Shown here piece by piece: positions 51,521 through 64,000 of a stretch of 64,000 bases of DNA. Positions within the stretch are counted from its first letter, which is position 1. Every line of letters begins with the position of its first letter. The notes below the pieces were generated by a model. That model did not search any database. It was given only the letters and a program-made list of their open reading frames with translations, and was not told the origin of the DNA. The position numbers were made by a program, and so were the translations under genes. Source of the DNA: Marsupella aquatica (lineage: Eukaryota > Plantae > Marchantiophyta); assembly GCA_973895155.1 (NCBI GenBank), contig OZ316895.1:6316136-6380135 (forward strand), read 5' to 3'.

Positions 51521-54500
51521 GTGAAGCGCATTGATGTTAGGTACTTTTATTAGCAGACTATGTCTGATAATGTATTTGAGTTTGTCAAGATTGATGGTCA
51601 AATCAACCCAGCTGACGCCTTCACCGAAGTAATTCCTTTGGAGAGTTTTTCTAGACACCGTGACATACTGCAGGTTTTGCAATTGCGTTACAAGTAAGGT
51701 CTTTCTTAATATTTGTTGTACCTTGATATATGCTCTTACTCATTCCTATGTATTAGGTTATGACTTAGTTTTGGTTTGCTCTAGTTAGAGAGGGGCGGGG
51801 AGAGGAAAAATGAGTTTTGTTTTGTCCATAACTTCCTGTTGAGTAATCACATAGGTTAGAAATATTAGGTACCTTCCCTAGACTAGAGGCAAGATGGAGA
51901 TTATTAGGTATCTACTCTTAGGTCTAGGATTATGATTGTAACCATAGTTAGGCTAACTGTAGCTGAAGACATGGTTAGGTTAACTAAGTTGCACACTATG
52001 TCCTAAGCAGTGCTTGCTTGGATAAGTCAAGGGATAAGGAAATCTAAGGCTCATTGTTACAAAGCCACTTAAGAAATAAGGAGATCTTACACTGTGGAGG
52101 TCTACTTGGTATGGCCGACAAGTTTACAATAGAGTTTAGTAAAGCTCTCTTGTGTGTTCCCATGGACGTAGCCCCCGACGGAGCCTTGAGGAGGTAAATT
52201 CCATATCTCTTGTGCCCGCTCTTGTGTCAACCACTTATGCATTGGATGTGTGATGGATTCACTAGTAGAAACCGGGGCAATTTAGACCAAACCTTATAGG
52301 ACTAAGGCCACTAAGTCCTTTTTGGCAACCTTAAATGACTCGAAACCATTGCCACGGTTCACATGAACACTACAAAAGACTGTGAGTGCTTTTTGGTTTT
52401 GGATAAGACTATGAAAAGTATGAACACTCTAGCACATGATGGGTTGTAGGGTTTAGTTGTGGGCTTTAATTTGATAATGGGCATATGGGGGGGTTGCACA
52501 ATTCATTTGACGACCTCTTTACCAACATCCCGCTAACTTGAACACGGACAAACGGCGTACATGTTGAAATTCCCTAATTTCGAATATACTCCATAGTGGG
52601 TTTGGGGGGGTTTAGGGCTCAAGGGTGGGCCGGTTACATGTGAAGGGTGTGGGGGTTCACCACTAAAGGGGTTTGGGGGGGTTTATATGCCAAGGGTGGG
52701 CCGGTTAGGTCTCAAGGGGGTGGGGGTCAGTAAAGGGGGTTTCGGGTCAGAGAACACTCAATTGAAATAGTGACGCAGCAATTTAGGGTAAACGAACAGG
52801 GACCGTGGACCCTAACTTGTTTGCTGCCTTGGGAGGATTTGGAGAGCTAGAGGCAACATGCTTCATTGATCCTAAACTTGCAAGCGGCGCTCTAAAATGG
52901 CCCCTGGCATTGCAAAAACAGTCTGGCCATAGTCGAGTTGTCCAGACGTTTAGGGGGTTTATATGTCAAGGCGTGGGGGTGGCTGAGTTTTCACTAAAGG
53001 GGGTTTAGGGGGGGTTTACATGTCAAGGGTGGACGGTTGAGATGTCAAGGGTGGGGGGTTTAGGGTTAAGGGGATGGGGGGTTTAGGGACCATTGGATGG
53101 AGTCCATCGATCCCCACCATCAAAAAGTCGCATATTGGAAGTTTACTCAGCTGGGCAATACTTTGAGAGGGCCGAGTAGTCATGACTTAGCACTAGTTTT
53201 TAGGGGCTAGACAAGGCTTGGAGTGTAATTAATTTAGACACTTGAAGTAGAGGGAATGGGGGCCTGGGGTTAACATGAAACCTGCATATTGATGGTCGAG
53301 ATCACTCAAGGCAATCTCTTTTCATCCGGATGGCTGAGATCACTCTAGGGGCTGCCATGTTATGGTAAGGTTGGCGCCAAACGGCTCTTTGCACCCTTTT
53401 CACCCTCGCGCCTTTCAGTCGTGTTTTACTTTTCTCACAAAGTATCGAGGCTCAACGTTGAATGTTGCGGTTAGTGTCTGCCACTCAGCGTTTAGGGCGA
53501 GAGGGTCGAGGGGTTTAGCAAGGTTGCGCTGCTGTTTTGCCTCAAGAGTGTGCAATCAAGGCTTCAATCAGGTCTCCAGGAGCTGCGGGAGCGCTGTGCA
53601 AAGTGTTGCGGGAGGCTGTGCAATGTGCTGCGGGAGTGCTGCGGGAGTGCAAAGGGTTGCGCTGCTGTTGCAAGAGTGCTACTGCGGGAGTGCTGCGCGG
53701 GAGTCTGAGCTCAGTGGGAGGGTTTAGGTTTGGCTGATCGATGTGCATTTACAATTGTGGATAGTAGTTTGCATTGGAGTTGCAAAGGAGCTCGCCAAAG
53801 TTGTGAAGGAGCAGGGTACAGTGGGAGTTGCGGGCTGCCATCGGCCCTCCTATTTTTCTTTTACTCCCACAGCAAGCTCCCGTATGAGCTCTTGTGTGAG
53901 CTTTGTTCAGCTGCGGTGGGTGCTAAGCTTATTTCCGTCGAGCTCAGCTGTGCTGTGCTGATTTTTGTCTAACAAAGCTTGGGGGAGGTTTGCCGGTTGG
54001 ACGTTGGAGCTGCGCTTGTGATATTTTGGGGTTCGGGCAAAGGGCGGAGGGCGAAGATCAAGCATTGTCGTTTTGCTAACGCTGCGTGGTGGAAACTGGA
54101 CCTGCGAACTCCTTGTCTATGGTGTTGTGGAGCTGGGCGAGCTGCAACAAGGGACCGAGCCGGGTGACCTGTGAATCAAAGCCCATCGACCGCTGCTGAA
54201 GGTTTGATGTCCAGATTTCTTGCCTGTGAGTCCCCATGTTTGCAGTCTCTGTCCCAGTCTCTTGCGCAATGCTCGGCATTTGATTGCACTTACTGTGATT
54301 GACCACCTTGCATGATCTCCATCCGTGGGCTGGACCCCAAGAAGTAGATTTTGGCGGCTACTTGCGGAAGGGATTGAAGAGATTGGAGTGCTTGCTCTCT
54401 TTGTCCCTCCCCTTGAAATTGTGGGCCTTAAAAAGGTCAGTTGGCTTATGTAGTTTTGCTCCCCTCCGCTATGTCAATGCGCGCATGTCCGCTATGTCAA

Positions 54501-56043
54501 TGCATATTTTTTCCCTCCGCTATGTCAGTCGCCGTTTGCCTATAACCGGACTGCTCATTTGATGTCCACTCGTCTGATGTAATGCTTCCCGTTGCCACTG
54601 CTGAAGGTTTGATGTCCAGATTTCTTGCCAAACAAAAGTCCCCATGTTTGCAGTGTCTATCCCAGTCTCTTGCGCAGTGCTCGGCATAGTGCCCATGATT
54701 CGATAGGGAACTGATTCATGAAGAATCGAGCGTCGGAAGAAATTCACAGCAGCAGAAAGAAAGAAAGAAAGAGTCTTCGTTGCGTTTCATCGAGTTGGGT
54801 CTTTTGGTGTCACTTCAATGAGAGCATTTGCTCGTGCAAATCCTCGCACGGCCATCACTACCGAAAGCTCGTCAATCCTCATGCCACGATCTCCAACTTC
54901 CAAATTCCAATTTCCATGGAAGGACGGCGGCGCGCACATTAATTGCGCACAGTAATGGTCATCTTCGAAGGACGACCTCCACGGGACCAGCACGACGTCG
55001 AGTGAAAGATGAAATGATCTCTCTCGTGCGGGCATCCCGTCCTGCTGTGATGCACTAAAGGTTTTTGGCATCATTCCGATTTTGTTTCCCTTTCTTGCTC
55101 ACGGTAATCAAATGGAGCAGTAGCAGCTCATCCTGTACTGCGGCGAAGTGTTGACAATGGAAGACTTTTTGTGGGAGCGAGGAGGGCGAGAACTTGTGGC
55201 AGCTCCTCGTCTGTGTGTAATTCTGTGCGCATTAGACACGATCTGCCCGCCGATCACCATCCTGACTCTCTGTCCTTTGCAAATGGTGCTTTTCTTTCCT
55301 TTGTGAGGATGGGAGCGTTTTATCGTTTTCCTTGAGCAGGCAGAGGATTTGCTGGGAGGGAAGTTGATGATGAGGATCGAATTCCCCGCCTATGGTTCCG
55401 CTGAGAGTCTGTGGCAACTGAAAGGAGGGCAGGCACGAGGGAAGTGAGGTGATGAGGGGCTATGGATGAAGAGTTGCTCAAAATATGTTTTCTGCTTCAC
55501 GTCTGGATTATTAATATTCACCGCGAGGGACAAGAGAGAGCTGCCCGACATGCTTGTTTCCGGGTTGATTGGGCGACCTTTTTATTTAAGGCAGAAACCT
55601 TATCAATTCGTCACTTGAAACCCGCGGTCTAAAATTCTGAGGTCCAGCCCTGCAGACGAATTGACAAATTGGAGGTCTCTCGATTGATCATTACTGAGGA
55701 TGGTTATTCGGAAGTGACACTCTCCTGGTTTCTGATGTAGGGGCGAGTAGATGGCCTGATTTCTGACGTCTTGAATCGGGGATCTTTGCTTGGATTTCGC
55801 TTGATAGGGCTGCCGGAGCTGTTGAAGACACTTTTTTGTTCGACGTGTCTACATTTACGTCAGCTGGAAATAATTCGGTCGATTCCTGATCAAGGATCAA
55901 GCCTCTTCAAGGTTTCCTCTCTTCTTGATGTCAATGAAGTCGGAAGAGAGTTGTGGCACTGCGAGACATTGACAGGTCTCACGAAAAGTTGAGCGTTGTC
56001 AAAGACAAGCTCCTTCCTTCGGTTCTTACTTTTGAAGTAAAGC

Positions 56044-56620
56044 ATGGCCGTGCAAAAGGTAGCTGGAGGAGGGCGCTCAAGCGCCAGAGGGCAGAGTTTT
56101 CTCGTTTGGGTAATCTTCGGTGTAATCTGCCTCGTATTGTTCCAATTTTGGACCTACGAACAGACATGGTCTTATGATCGCTCATACTCTCATGCATCTA
56201 AGAAGACCCTCAGGGCCATGCTGATGAAATCTCGGTTTTCTCCAGAGGATGATAATGGAGTTGACAATAACCAAGATTTGCGTCTTCTGAGGGAACTATT
56301 CACTGTTTGTAATTCAAGCTTCGGTTATGATGGGATTGGGGAGACGAGAAGTAAACCGCTAAGTGGAGGGTGTCTCGTGAAACTGCAGGAGACCTTCCCG
56401 TCACTCCAACCCTTGGTTGTGCCTGCTCAAGACGGACAACAAGAGTCACAAAAAAACAAAAAAAATTATAAAAAAAAAGATCACAACTTTGATTGTTGTA
56501 GACCTCTAAGGTATGCAGTACGATAGGGATCCGAGTGAAGTTGTCCCAAAATTATCGTATGAACTTGAGTTGCCAACAGGTCCCATTAAAAATAAATGCC
56601 AGTATTCAAAGTTGTTGTCT
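56044..56620 (+). pseudogene. Possible captured host-gene 5' fragment (type II membrane-anchor N-terminus)
   Basis: ATG start, hydrophobic SFLVWVIFGVICLVLFQFW, stem region and a DCCRP motif; frameshift near A-runs. Lies inside the CACTA. Confidence 0.35.
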
Positions 56621-57615
56621 GCCTGTCACTACGCTCTATTGGTAGTTGTGATATCTTGCAAGTACTTCTCTCCTTGTCTTGGCTGTTTTTCATGTGTTGT
56701 CAATCTGGTTGCCATGGTGCGTTGTAAATACTCGAAAGGCTTGAAGTGTGAAGTCTCTCGAAAGGCCTGCCAAAGGTATTCCTCTAGATTGCGATTGGAC
56801 AGCACTTGAGCAATTGGAAGCTGGTCGTGGAAGAGCAGGAGTGGAAAACCTGACGCCTGCAATCTTGTAGGTATTTTGGAGCTTGCAGCTCGGCAATCCG
56901 GAATTGCACTTGAAATTCTCTTATGAATGTCCTACGTGCTTGCATTTTCAATTGCATGCTGAATTGTTTTTTCTGTCATGTTTTTGCCTGTTCTTCCCTG
57001 CCTTGCTATATTGTCACTTGCATGTGGTTATAAGGTTATGTGGCCTCCTGGTGGTCATTATTTAGCCATCTATAAGCTCCATCGATCTTGTAACTCGTCA
57101 ACATTCTTTCATTCCCCTCACGGCCTCCAATGCACCCACAATGTTGCTCTTGAACTCCATTGCCTCCTTAGCTCCTAAAACCCCTATTGCATGCGCTAAA
57201 CCTGTAGACAATGTCCTTGGCCCGCTTCATGTAATAGACAATGAATGCCTGCGAAACCTCAGCTTCCTTCCTCACTGTTACTGTCTGTCTAGTACCTTTA
57301 AGACGCAGTTTTAATTCTCTGAGCCCTTAATTCCAATGTTGTTACTCGGGTAGGGACTGACTACATCCCTTTAACATTGAGAGAGACATATGAACCTGGG
57401 GAGATGCAATATGATGAGGTTGATGATGTGCAATAGGCAGCGGCTGAAGATTCACTTTGATGAGGTTAAGGATGACTACATGCACAGAGTCACAGAACGG
57501 GAATTGCTTCCCGAAATGATGTTTTGGTCATGTCCATATGCATGAAATTGATTGATACTTTGAATTTAGTGTGCTCATTTAGCCTGGGTTTGGTTGTGGA
57601 TGCTGTGCAGAAACT

Positions 57616-60600
57616 ATGGGGGAAGAGGGTGAAGACATGGAGACAGACATGGGGCTTGGAGAGTGGGGTGAAGAGGAAAGATTGGATATGGATGGACATC
57701 CAGATGTAGGGGGATCACAAAAAAATGCACCTGTGCAGGATGCACAGGGCCCTGATCAAGTGCAAGGTAGGTGGGCAGCCAGAGAGAAATCACGTAATCC
57801 ATACCCTAGAAGGAGCCAGAGTTATTGGCAAGGGACGCCTGATGATTATGATGATGACTACGATGGAGCAGAAGATGGATGGGGTGAATATGAATGCCCA
57901 GAGCGTGGTAGAGATGGGTACAGAGGGCAATGGAAAGATCAGGAGGATAATTGGACAAGTAAGTGCTTTGTGCTAGTGATTTTGTGATGGTAGTAGAAAT
58001 TGTAGCTCAATATGGAATTATCTGATGTCTAGGGCAAAGAGTGTATCTAACCGGTCCATGAGTGTGGCATGTGCCTGTTGGTGAATGCAGACTCTCATTG
58101 GGACAATCACGAAAACAACAAAGGCCATCCACGTTCAGATAGGAGGCAATCATTCACAGGCAAGAGAAACGGCCCTAATTCATCAAGACAAGGCAATTGG
58201 ACAGATGGTCCAGAACCATCTATGCGCCCAGGGAGAGGTAACTTGGTCATTGCAAAATTCCTCTGAAGTTCAGTGTATATTTGGCAGCAAAATTTATGCT
58301 TCATACTTAAAAAATGGTTCCCGTAAATGTGCAGGGACTCCAGGGAGGTTTGCACAATGCGCTCCAGGCCGTGGTGCAGGCCGTGGGGGCCCAGTCCGTG
58401 GGGGGACACCAGGCCGTGGAGGGACACCTAGTAGCGCTTCAGGGAGTACCAAGGCAGGAGACAATAACAAATTTGGTAAAGTAGAAGTGAATTCCGATGG
58501 TTGGATAACTCCCACATGTGATGGTAAGAACCGCTGGCATTCTGACTTGAGAGGAGAAGTATTGAGCTGGTTAGATTTGAGCATTACAGAGTTTAGGAGT
58601 CAGAACAAAGCCGATTGGGCTGCTATTTGCAAGGACATTCTTGAACGGTGGGAGTATGTTGGTAATGATGGTAAGGGCCCAGTTGAAGATTGCATATCAG
58701 ATTATGCAATGAGGATTTTGAAACAAGAGAGACATAGGTTGAAAAGGATGTGGATAGACAATGGTTCTAACAGGAGAATGCCAGCACCCCCATCATTGGA
58801 ACTAGATCAATGGACACGGTTAATCAAAGGGTTCATGTCAGAGGCTGGGCAGAGCAAGAGTGAACTGATGTCAAATGCTCAAGGCAAAGTGAAACACCTT
58901 TCACAGGCTGGGAGAGGAAGTTATGCTCCAGTGAAAGAACAACTGGTAAGGCATGTCTGATAGTAAGCGTAGCCTATCACTAATCATCTTGCTACTATTA
59001 TTGCATTTTCATTGACAATCAACAGTTGCTTTAATTCATATGTATGTTGATGTGGCATACAGAAGAAATTGACAGGTGAAGAACCATCAGCACAAGAAGT
59101 GAGAGAGGAGTTCATGAAACAAAGGAGTGAGGTCACAAGTGTGACTTCCAAACAGGTGATTATGTTGTAATTCTGTGATGTTCGATAGCATCAGAAGGAA
59201 ATGTAGTAGGAAGTAAGCAACCAGTTCTTGGGGACAGTTATCTGAGATATGTAAGCTGTGTGATTACAGGGAACTGTTACAACTCTTGCAGAGATGTGTG
59301 AACGGTTGAAGTCATTAGAGTGTGGACTTCCTCGAGTGGAAAGTAAATTGGGTGATCGTTTGGATATTTTGGAGGCATCTGTAGCAAACCTACTTGCATC
59401 AGTGGAATCTAATTTCAAGCTTGTGATTGAGAAATTGGGTGGTTCCCAGCCAAACAATGAGGGCAACCTTGTACAAAGTGTGCCCTTGTTAACAAAAAAG
59501 GGAATTGGCAAATCTGACACAGGTATGGAAATGACACCGGCCCATTGTTCATTGTGTCCTATGTTCAAATATTAGAAGTGGGTTTTCATGAATTGAGTGA
59601 ATGGTTTGAATGCAGGAAGAGTGGAGGCATCGAAGGGCCCTGTAATCAGTAAGCAGAAGGGCAAGAAGGTTGCTGAGACAGGTAATCTGCTATGATCCAG
59701 TAGATTACATTTGAAAAGTGCATGGAGTTTTGTGAAGCTTAAGCCGATTGGAGGTAATCTTTTATGTAAGAACTGGTTGGATCAACTGGGATCTGAAGTG
59801 ACATCATGATTAACTTGCTTCAGGTGACTCAAAGAGCAATAATGAAAAGGATGTGCCCAGTGCCTCAGTGACCATAGCCGAGGAGGTATCAGGTAAGCTG
59901 ATGCTTTAAATTCCTCTATATGAATGTTGAGAGACAATTCAATGGTTAATAGATTCAACCTGAATATTGTGGTGTGTTTATTTATCAGCAGAAGCAGACA
60001 TGGAGGATATGGCAATGGCAAAGAAGGGGAAGAAGGCTGTTCATAATGGTAAGGAGATAGTGACAACTTTGTGGTTGGTGACATGTACATGTAGCACATG
60101 TGATGAGTGATTCACTTAAGTTGGACAATGGCACTGAATTGTAGCTGATGCAGAGTTGTCAGACTCTCAACCAAGTGGGAGCAGGGTGAAGCGACGTCGA
60201 AATTTGGGAGCAACATTGGATGCAAGTAAGATTGTAGATGCTTCAATTGAAGCAAGTACAATGTTGGCATATACTGAGATGATGTCGCAGGGAAATCGTG
60301 CTACACAATCGGAAGTGTCAAATATGGATGCAGATTCTTTGAAGAAGAGTGTAGCCAATTCTCGATCACCAGCACAAAACACTCGTGCCAAAGTCATGAC
60401 TCGCAACCAAGGTATGAATAATGTCATGTATAAGCCACCCAGGAAAGCCAAGAAAAACAGCCAAGGTAAGGTGGAGGTGATAGCCATAGCAGAGCCAGTC
60501 CATAATCTTCAATCATGGGAGGATGACTCACAGGTATGTGTGGGTACAGGCATTTTGTGACCGGATCATGCTAAATTCCATGGCAAAGTGGTCCCCGATG

Positions 60601-60749
60601 ACCATATAGTAGTGTTGTTGACTATAGTGATTGTATCTGATTGTAATTTGCCATTTCCGAATAGAGATGATGATCCACCTCAGGAAATAATTGCAGATGC
60701 AGTAGGATCTCTTGTGCTCTGGCCATCAGAGTGTGTTAGTCTGCAGTGA
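57616..60749 (+). pseudogene. Multi-exon CACTA TnpA/ORF2-like gene (Ptta/Transposase_24-like + C-terminal Tnp1-type domain)
   Basis: QWTRLIKGF....KSELMSNAQGKVKHLSQAGRGSYA (Ptta-like). C-terminus VGTGIL*PDHAKFHGKVVPDDHIVV..LPFP....IADAVGSLVLWP has an in-frame TGA at 60558. Several GT-AG introns (e.g. donor 58945, acceptor 59269). Confidence 0.75.
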
Positions 60750-61532
60750 CTGAATGCAAGTGTAGATAGAACCATGTGAATTGTGTTACATTTTGACATT
60801 GCCTTGGAAAGATCCAAGAAATATCTGTACCAATTTTTCCATTTGGTAAAGAGGATGAAGGATTTGTTATCATTATGTGTGACATGTATATATTTCTGAA
60901 TTCTGTGTGTATGTATGAAACAAGTGATTGATGTCAAACTATGGCTGTAAGGTGACCATTGGATGATACTAGAATCTGTTTTGTATCATTTCAATATTAG
61001 TGTGTATGGTAGTTTCATGCTTTGTGACCTTATAGAGTGAGTTCATTTACAGTACACAAAAAAACATGAATGGAATGTCTTATTTGTGCACATTCCAAGT
61101 AGTATAGTGGGGTCTTCATCACTCATTTCGAGTTGACATGAAAGACTTATACATACCCCACTAAGTATCTCCTTTAGTCATTTTATAGACCCACAAAGTA
61201 AACTTAAAGACTACCCTCCATAACCTGTTTAGTCCTTCCCAACAACTCGCCATCACACCCCTTAAAAGACTGAAAATGACTCACCAAAGCTACCCAAACA
61301 AAGACTACAATAGACTGAAAATCCAGTCTATTAAACGACTCGTGAACCAGTTCTATAAAGGACTCAGTTGATTATAGTAACAAAACATACGACTCACAGT
61401 CCTATAAAGGACTGGAGTCCTTCCCAGTCGTTTCCGAGTCCTATACGGTACTACATAGTCGTTTAATGGGGTCTAAATACCCCCCGGTTTCTACTAGTGA
61501 TTTACCATTTTCAATGTTGTGTATGTTCAACA

Positions 61533-62438
61533 AACATTGTAGCTTCTATTGTGAGGGTAGATTGACTTTCATTGGGACCGCTATTCTTCTCAAAATCACT
61601 ATCACCTATGTCAGCTAGATAAGACTCACTTAGATCCAAGGCCCTTGATGTCCTTGACCGTACTCCAAGTCAGCTCTCGCATTTGAGTGGGTGACATGGA
61701 TTTGATTTCAGCATAGGCTTGCTTCTCAAAGAAATTAGCTTCCATGTGTCCCCTCTTGCCGCCATAGTTGCACGGGGCATCTCTCCTATTGGACGTTCAT
61801 GGTGAAATATTCTCGGTGTAGTGTGCCTTGAATGGTCCCCATAGGTTGATTCTACCATGACCACAAAACGTGATCCTCAACTATAGTCATGTTGCTGATC
61901 ATTGTGGTATGGAGGTGTATGCTCACGTTGATTGTCGTTGGACGGAGCTAGAAGAGAGTCCGAGGCTTGCGGCGGAACTCTTCTACCTGAAGGTACGTAC
62001 TCCTCGAGGTCAGAAAATGTTGCAGATGTGTCCTTTGAGTACATGACTCTGTAAATGGGCTTGAATGCCCGCTTGAATGCAGACCAGCTCTCTAACCAAT
62101 AGGTTACATACGGCAATCTGAATATTAAGCTCCTTCTTGGGTACTCGGGGGTTTCACTTCCACAAAAATGACATATCATGTGTGATGAAAGATAAGGTCA
62201 TTTTATTGGTTGAAGGGAAAACTTAAGAATTTTCTCAGAAGAACAATAGGGTATTTTAAAATCCAATTTTGCAACTTATAAGAACATTAGCGTCCTTCTA
62301 ACCAAAATTTTGGAATATTCCAAGAATATTTTAACTTTATAGAGATTGAAAAAAATTAAAATCTTACATTTTAGGGGGGTCCAAGGCCTAAAAAACGTCG
62401 CAGGTGATGAGAGGCCTCCATATAGTGACACCCCCAAG
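61533..62438 (-). mobile_element. Terminal fragment of a larger element sharing the TIR of the 1844-2193 MITE
   Basis: 62370-62438 (…CCTCCATATAGTGACACCCCCAAG) aligns with 2110-2190. Short degenerate minus ORFs inside; left limit uncertain. Confidence 0.4.
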
Positions 62439-62459
62439 CCGGGCCCAAGCTTGGGTATC

Positions 62460-63371
62460 GCTTATGGACGCGAGTCCATGACCTGGTGATCAACTTTCTT
62501 GAGGTAGTCCTCAATGGATGCACTATCATGCATTTGGAGCTCGATAAGTCCAGACTTAAGATCTAGCTTGCGCTGGATCGCAATGGACTGGTACTTTTTC
62601 AATCTTGAGAGTGTCCCATTGGAGCCTACTGATAATCAGAAATATAGAGGCAGTGGATGTCTTGGTAAGAATGATAATCACTCTTTCCTTGTCCCTCTAA
62701 GCACTAGATTGAGCTGAGGTTACAGTAACTCCAGCGGCAGCTGTGCTGCTAGTGGCTTCCGAGGTGCTATTGCTGGCGATGGTGCATGGCAGATCCCAAG
62801 CCAGGGGAAGTTGCTCCCCCTGTTCCTGTTGGCCACCCACTGGTGGACTGGGCAAGTGGATCGACAACATACCAAAGTCCTCTCTCCCTAACTATTTCCT
62901 CAATGTGGAAGGCCCAGATAATGTAATTCAGGGCTCCAACTAACTTTTCAGTATCAGAGAAGGAAATCTTTGTAGCGTCACAGGGAGACATGGCGATATT
63001 CTAAAGAGTCTCAGAAATCTGGTAGCTCCGATACCATGAAGAATATTTCTAAACAACTGAATTATCTCTGGTAAGCAAGGAGTAATATACACAGTGAGAA
63101 GCAACCGTTGAGCGCCCCCTCAGATGTCATATAGGTATGATAGGTGCAAGTAGAGGGGGAGCGCCAAAGTTAATTTTGTCCTAAAGTGAATGAATGGACA
63201 ACTGTTAATCGGTGGTCGAACTACTTAAACTAAATGCCTAACTGCAATGCTAATTAATTACATGGAGCAACGGCGAATAGGTGGGGTGGTAGTTAGCGTG
63301 ATGAATGGGAGAACCTGATGAATGGGAGGGACCCGAGGACACTATAAGTATGTATTAGTCCTGAACTTTCA
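62460..63371 (-). mobile_element. Truncated copia family B: 5' LTR (63037-63371), PBS (63025-63036), gag N-terminus remnant
   Basis: PBS reverse complement TGGTATCGGAGC abuts the LTR. Gag-like KLVGALNYIIWAFHIEEIVRERGLW and YQSIAIQRKLDLKSGLIELQMHDSASIEDYL. Confidence 0.75.
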
Positions 63372-63499
63372 TCATTAACAGCATCCCAGAAATGAGCCTC
63401 AAGATCACACTAACACAGCCACAATCATGTTTCAAAAGACCATTTGATATGTAGTAACAACATCCGAGCATTGAGCCTCAAGATCATACACAACTACGA

Positions 63500-63650
63500 A
63501 CGTTATGATAAGACAGAATCAGGCCTCGCAACAGAGGCAAAAGTATCATCATTATCAGTTCCAGGCCTATGTGTTTCACCCTGGATAACAAAGCGAGCCT
63601 TATATTGAGACCCATTACAATCTTTAATGTCGACTCGCCGTGAAGGAAGA
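63500..63650 (-). pseudogene. Degenerate copia RT fragment
   Basis: YKARFVIQGETHRPGTDNDDTFASVAR resembles the conserved KARLVAQGF.QRPGIDY.ETFAPVAR. Confidence 0.6.
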
Positions 63651-64000
63651 AGCAGAACACGCTAAGGACGAGGTATGAACCAAGCCAGATTGAGTATTCG
63701 AAGTTGTCGTAACTCAAGCTAGCCTGCGGCCTTCTAATGAGCTGCATCTATACGATTCATGGTGGCCTGATCTGTTGTAAGAAGATTTGCTAAATGAACT
63801 ACGATAGACTGTTGTGCAAAATATATGTACAATCGGCCTCATTCACAATTGGAGGACCCAAAAGAAACGTCACACTCAAAAGTGACCATAGTTTATTATG
63901 CTTTAGGATATCATTTTTAGGGTGTAATGAGATGATATAGAAAATTTGATGTACTATACTTAATAAACATCCTATAGGTTGGTAACATTCATTAAACTAT

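Larger units (their letters stand above)
52260..61499 (+). mobile_element. Non-autonomous CACTA (En/Spm) transposon, 9240 bp
   Basis: Perfect 18-bp TIR CACTAGTAGAAACCGGGG / CCCCGGTTTCTACTAGTG, extended imperfectly by ATTTAGACC. 3-bp TSD ATT. Splits an LTR whose halves rejoin. GACT/AGTC-type subterminal repeats. Confidence 0.95.
44200..61532 (+). mobile_element. Old, 5'-truncated family-A copia (RT-RNH-PPT-3' LTR) interrupted by four insertions
   Basis: Degenerate pol at 44200-45164, 50343-50891 and 51521-51700 is collinear with pol of #1. The 3' LTR is split into 51902-52259 and 61500-61532, ending TGTTCAACA. Confidence 0.88.

Overview
This is a eukaryotic (plant-type, plausibly bryophyte) heterochromatic window made almost entirely of transposable elements, with no confidently recognisable intact host gene. 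It holds three LTR-bounded Ty1/copia elements of one LTR family (2555-9122 -, 15384-22089 -, 45218-50041 +; all with TSD, tRNA-iMet PBS and PPT), plus several solo or degenerate LTRs. An old copia remnant (~44200-61532) carries four nested insertions: a solo LTR, copia #3, a 629-bp GC-rich element and a 9.2-kb non-autonomous CACTA. There is also a PIF/Harbinger transposase pseudogene, a Helitron-like repeat, MITE-like and LINE-like remnants, and a second copia family at the right edge. The most striking feature is a 5.76-kb element (37349-43112) with 24-bp terminal inverted repeats and a 4-bp TSD. Its cargo is a four-exon gene (~974 codons) encoding a ParB/Srx-like domain fused to a beta-class N6A/N4C DNA methyltransferase of the bacterial/phage type, next to a divergent truncated ORF. 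A second notable signal is an in-frame UGA between gag and pol conserved in all three copia copies, including a divergent one, which suggests stop-codon readthrough. All coordinates and difference counts were read by eye; domain calls rest on motif recognition, not database searches.
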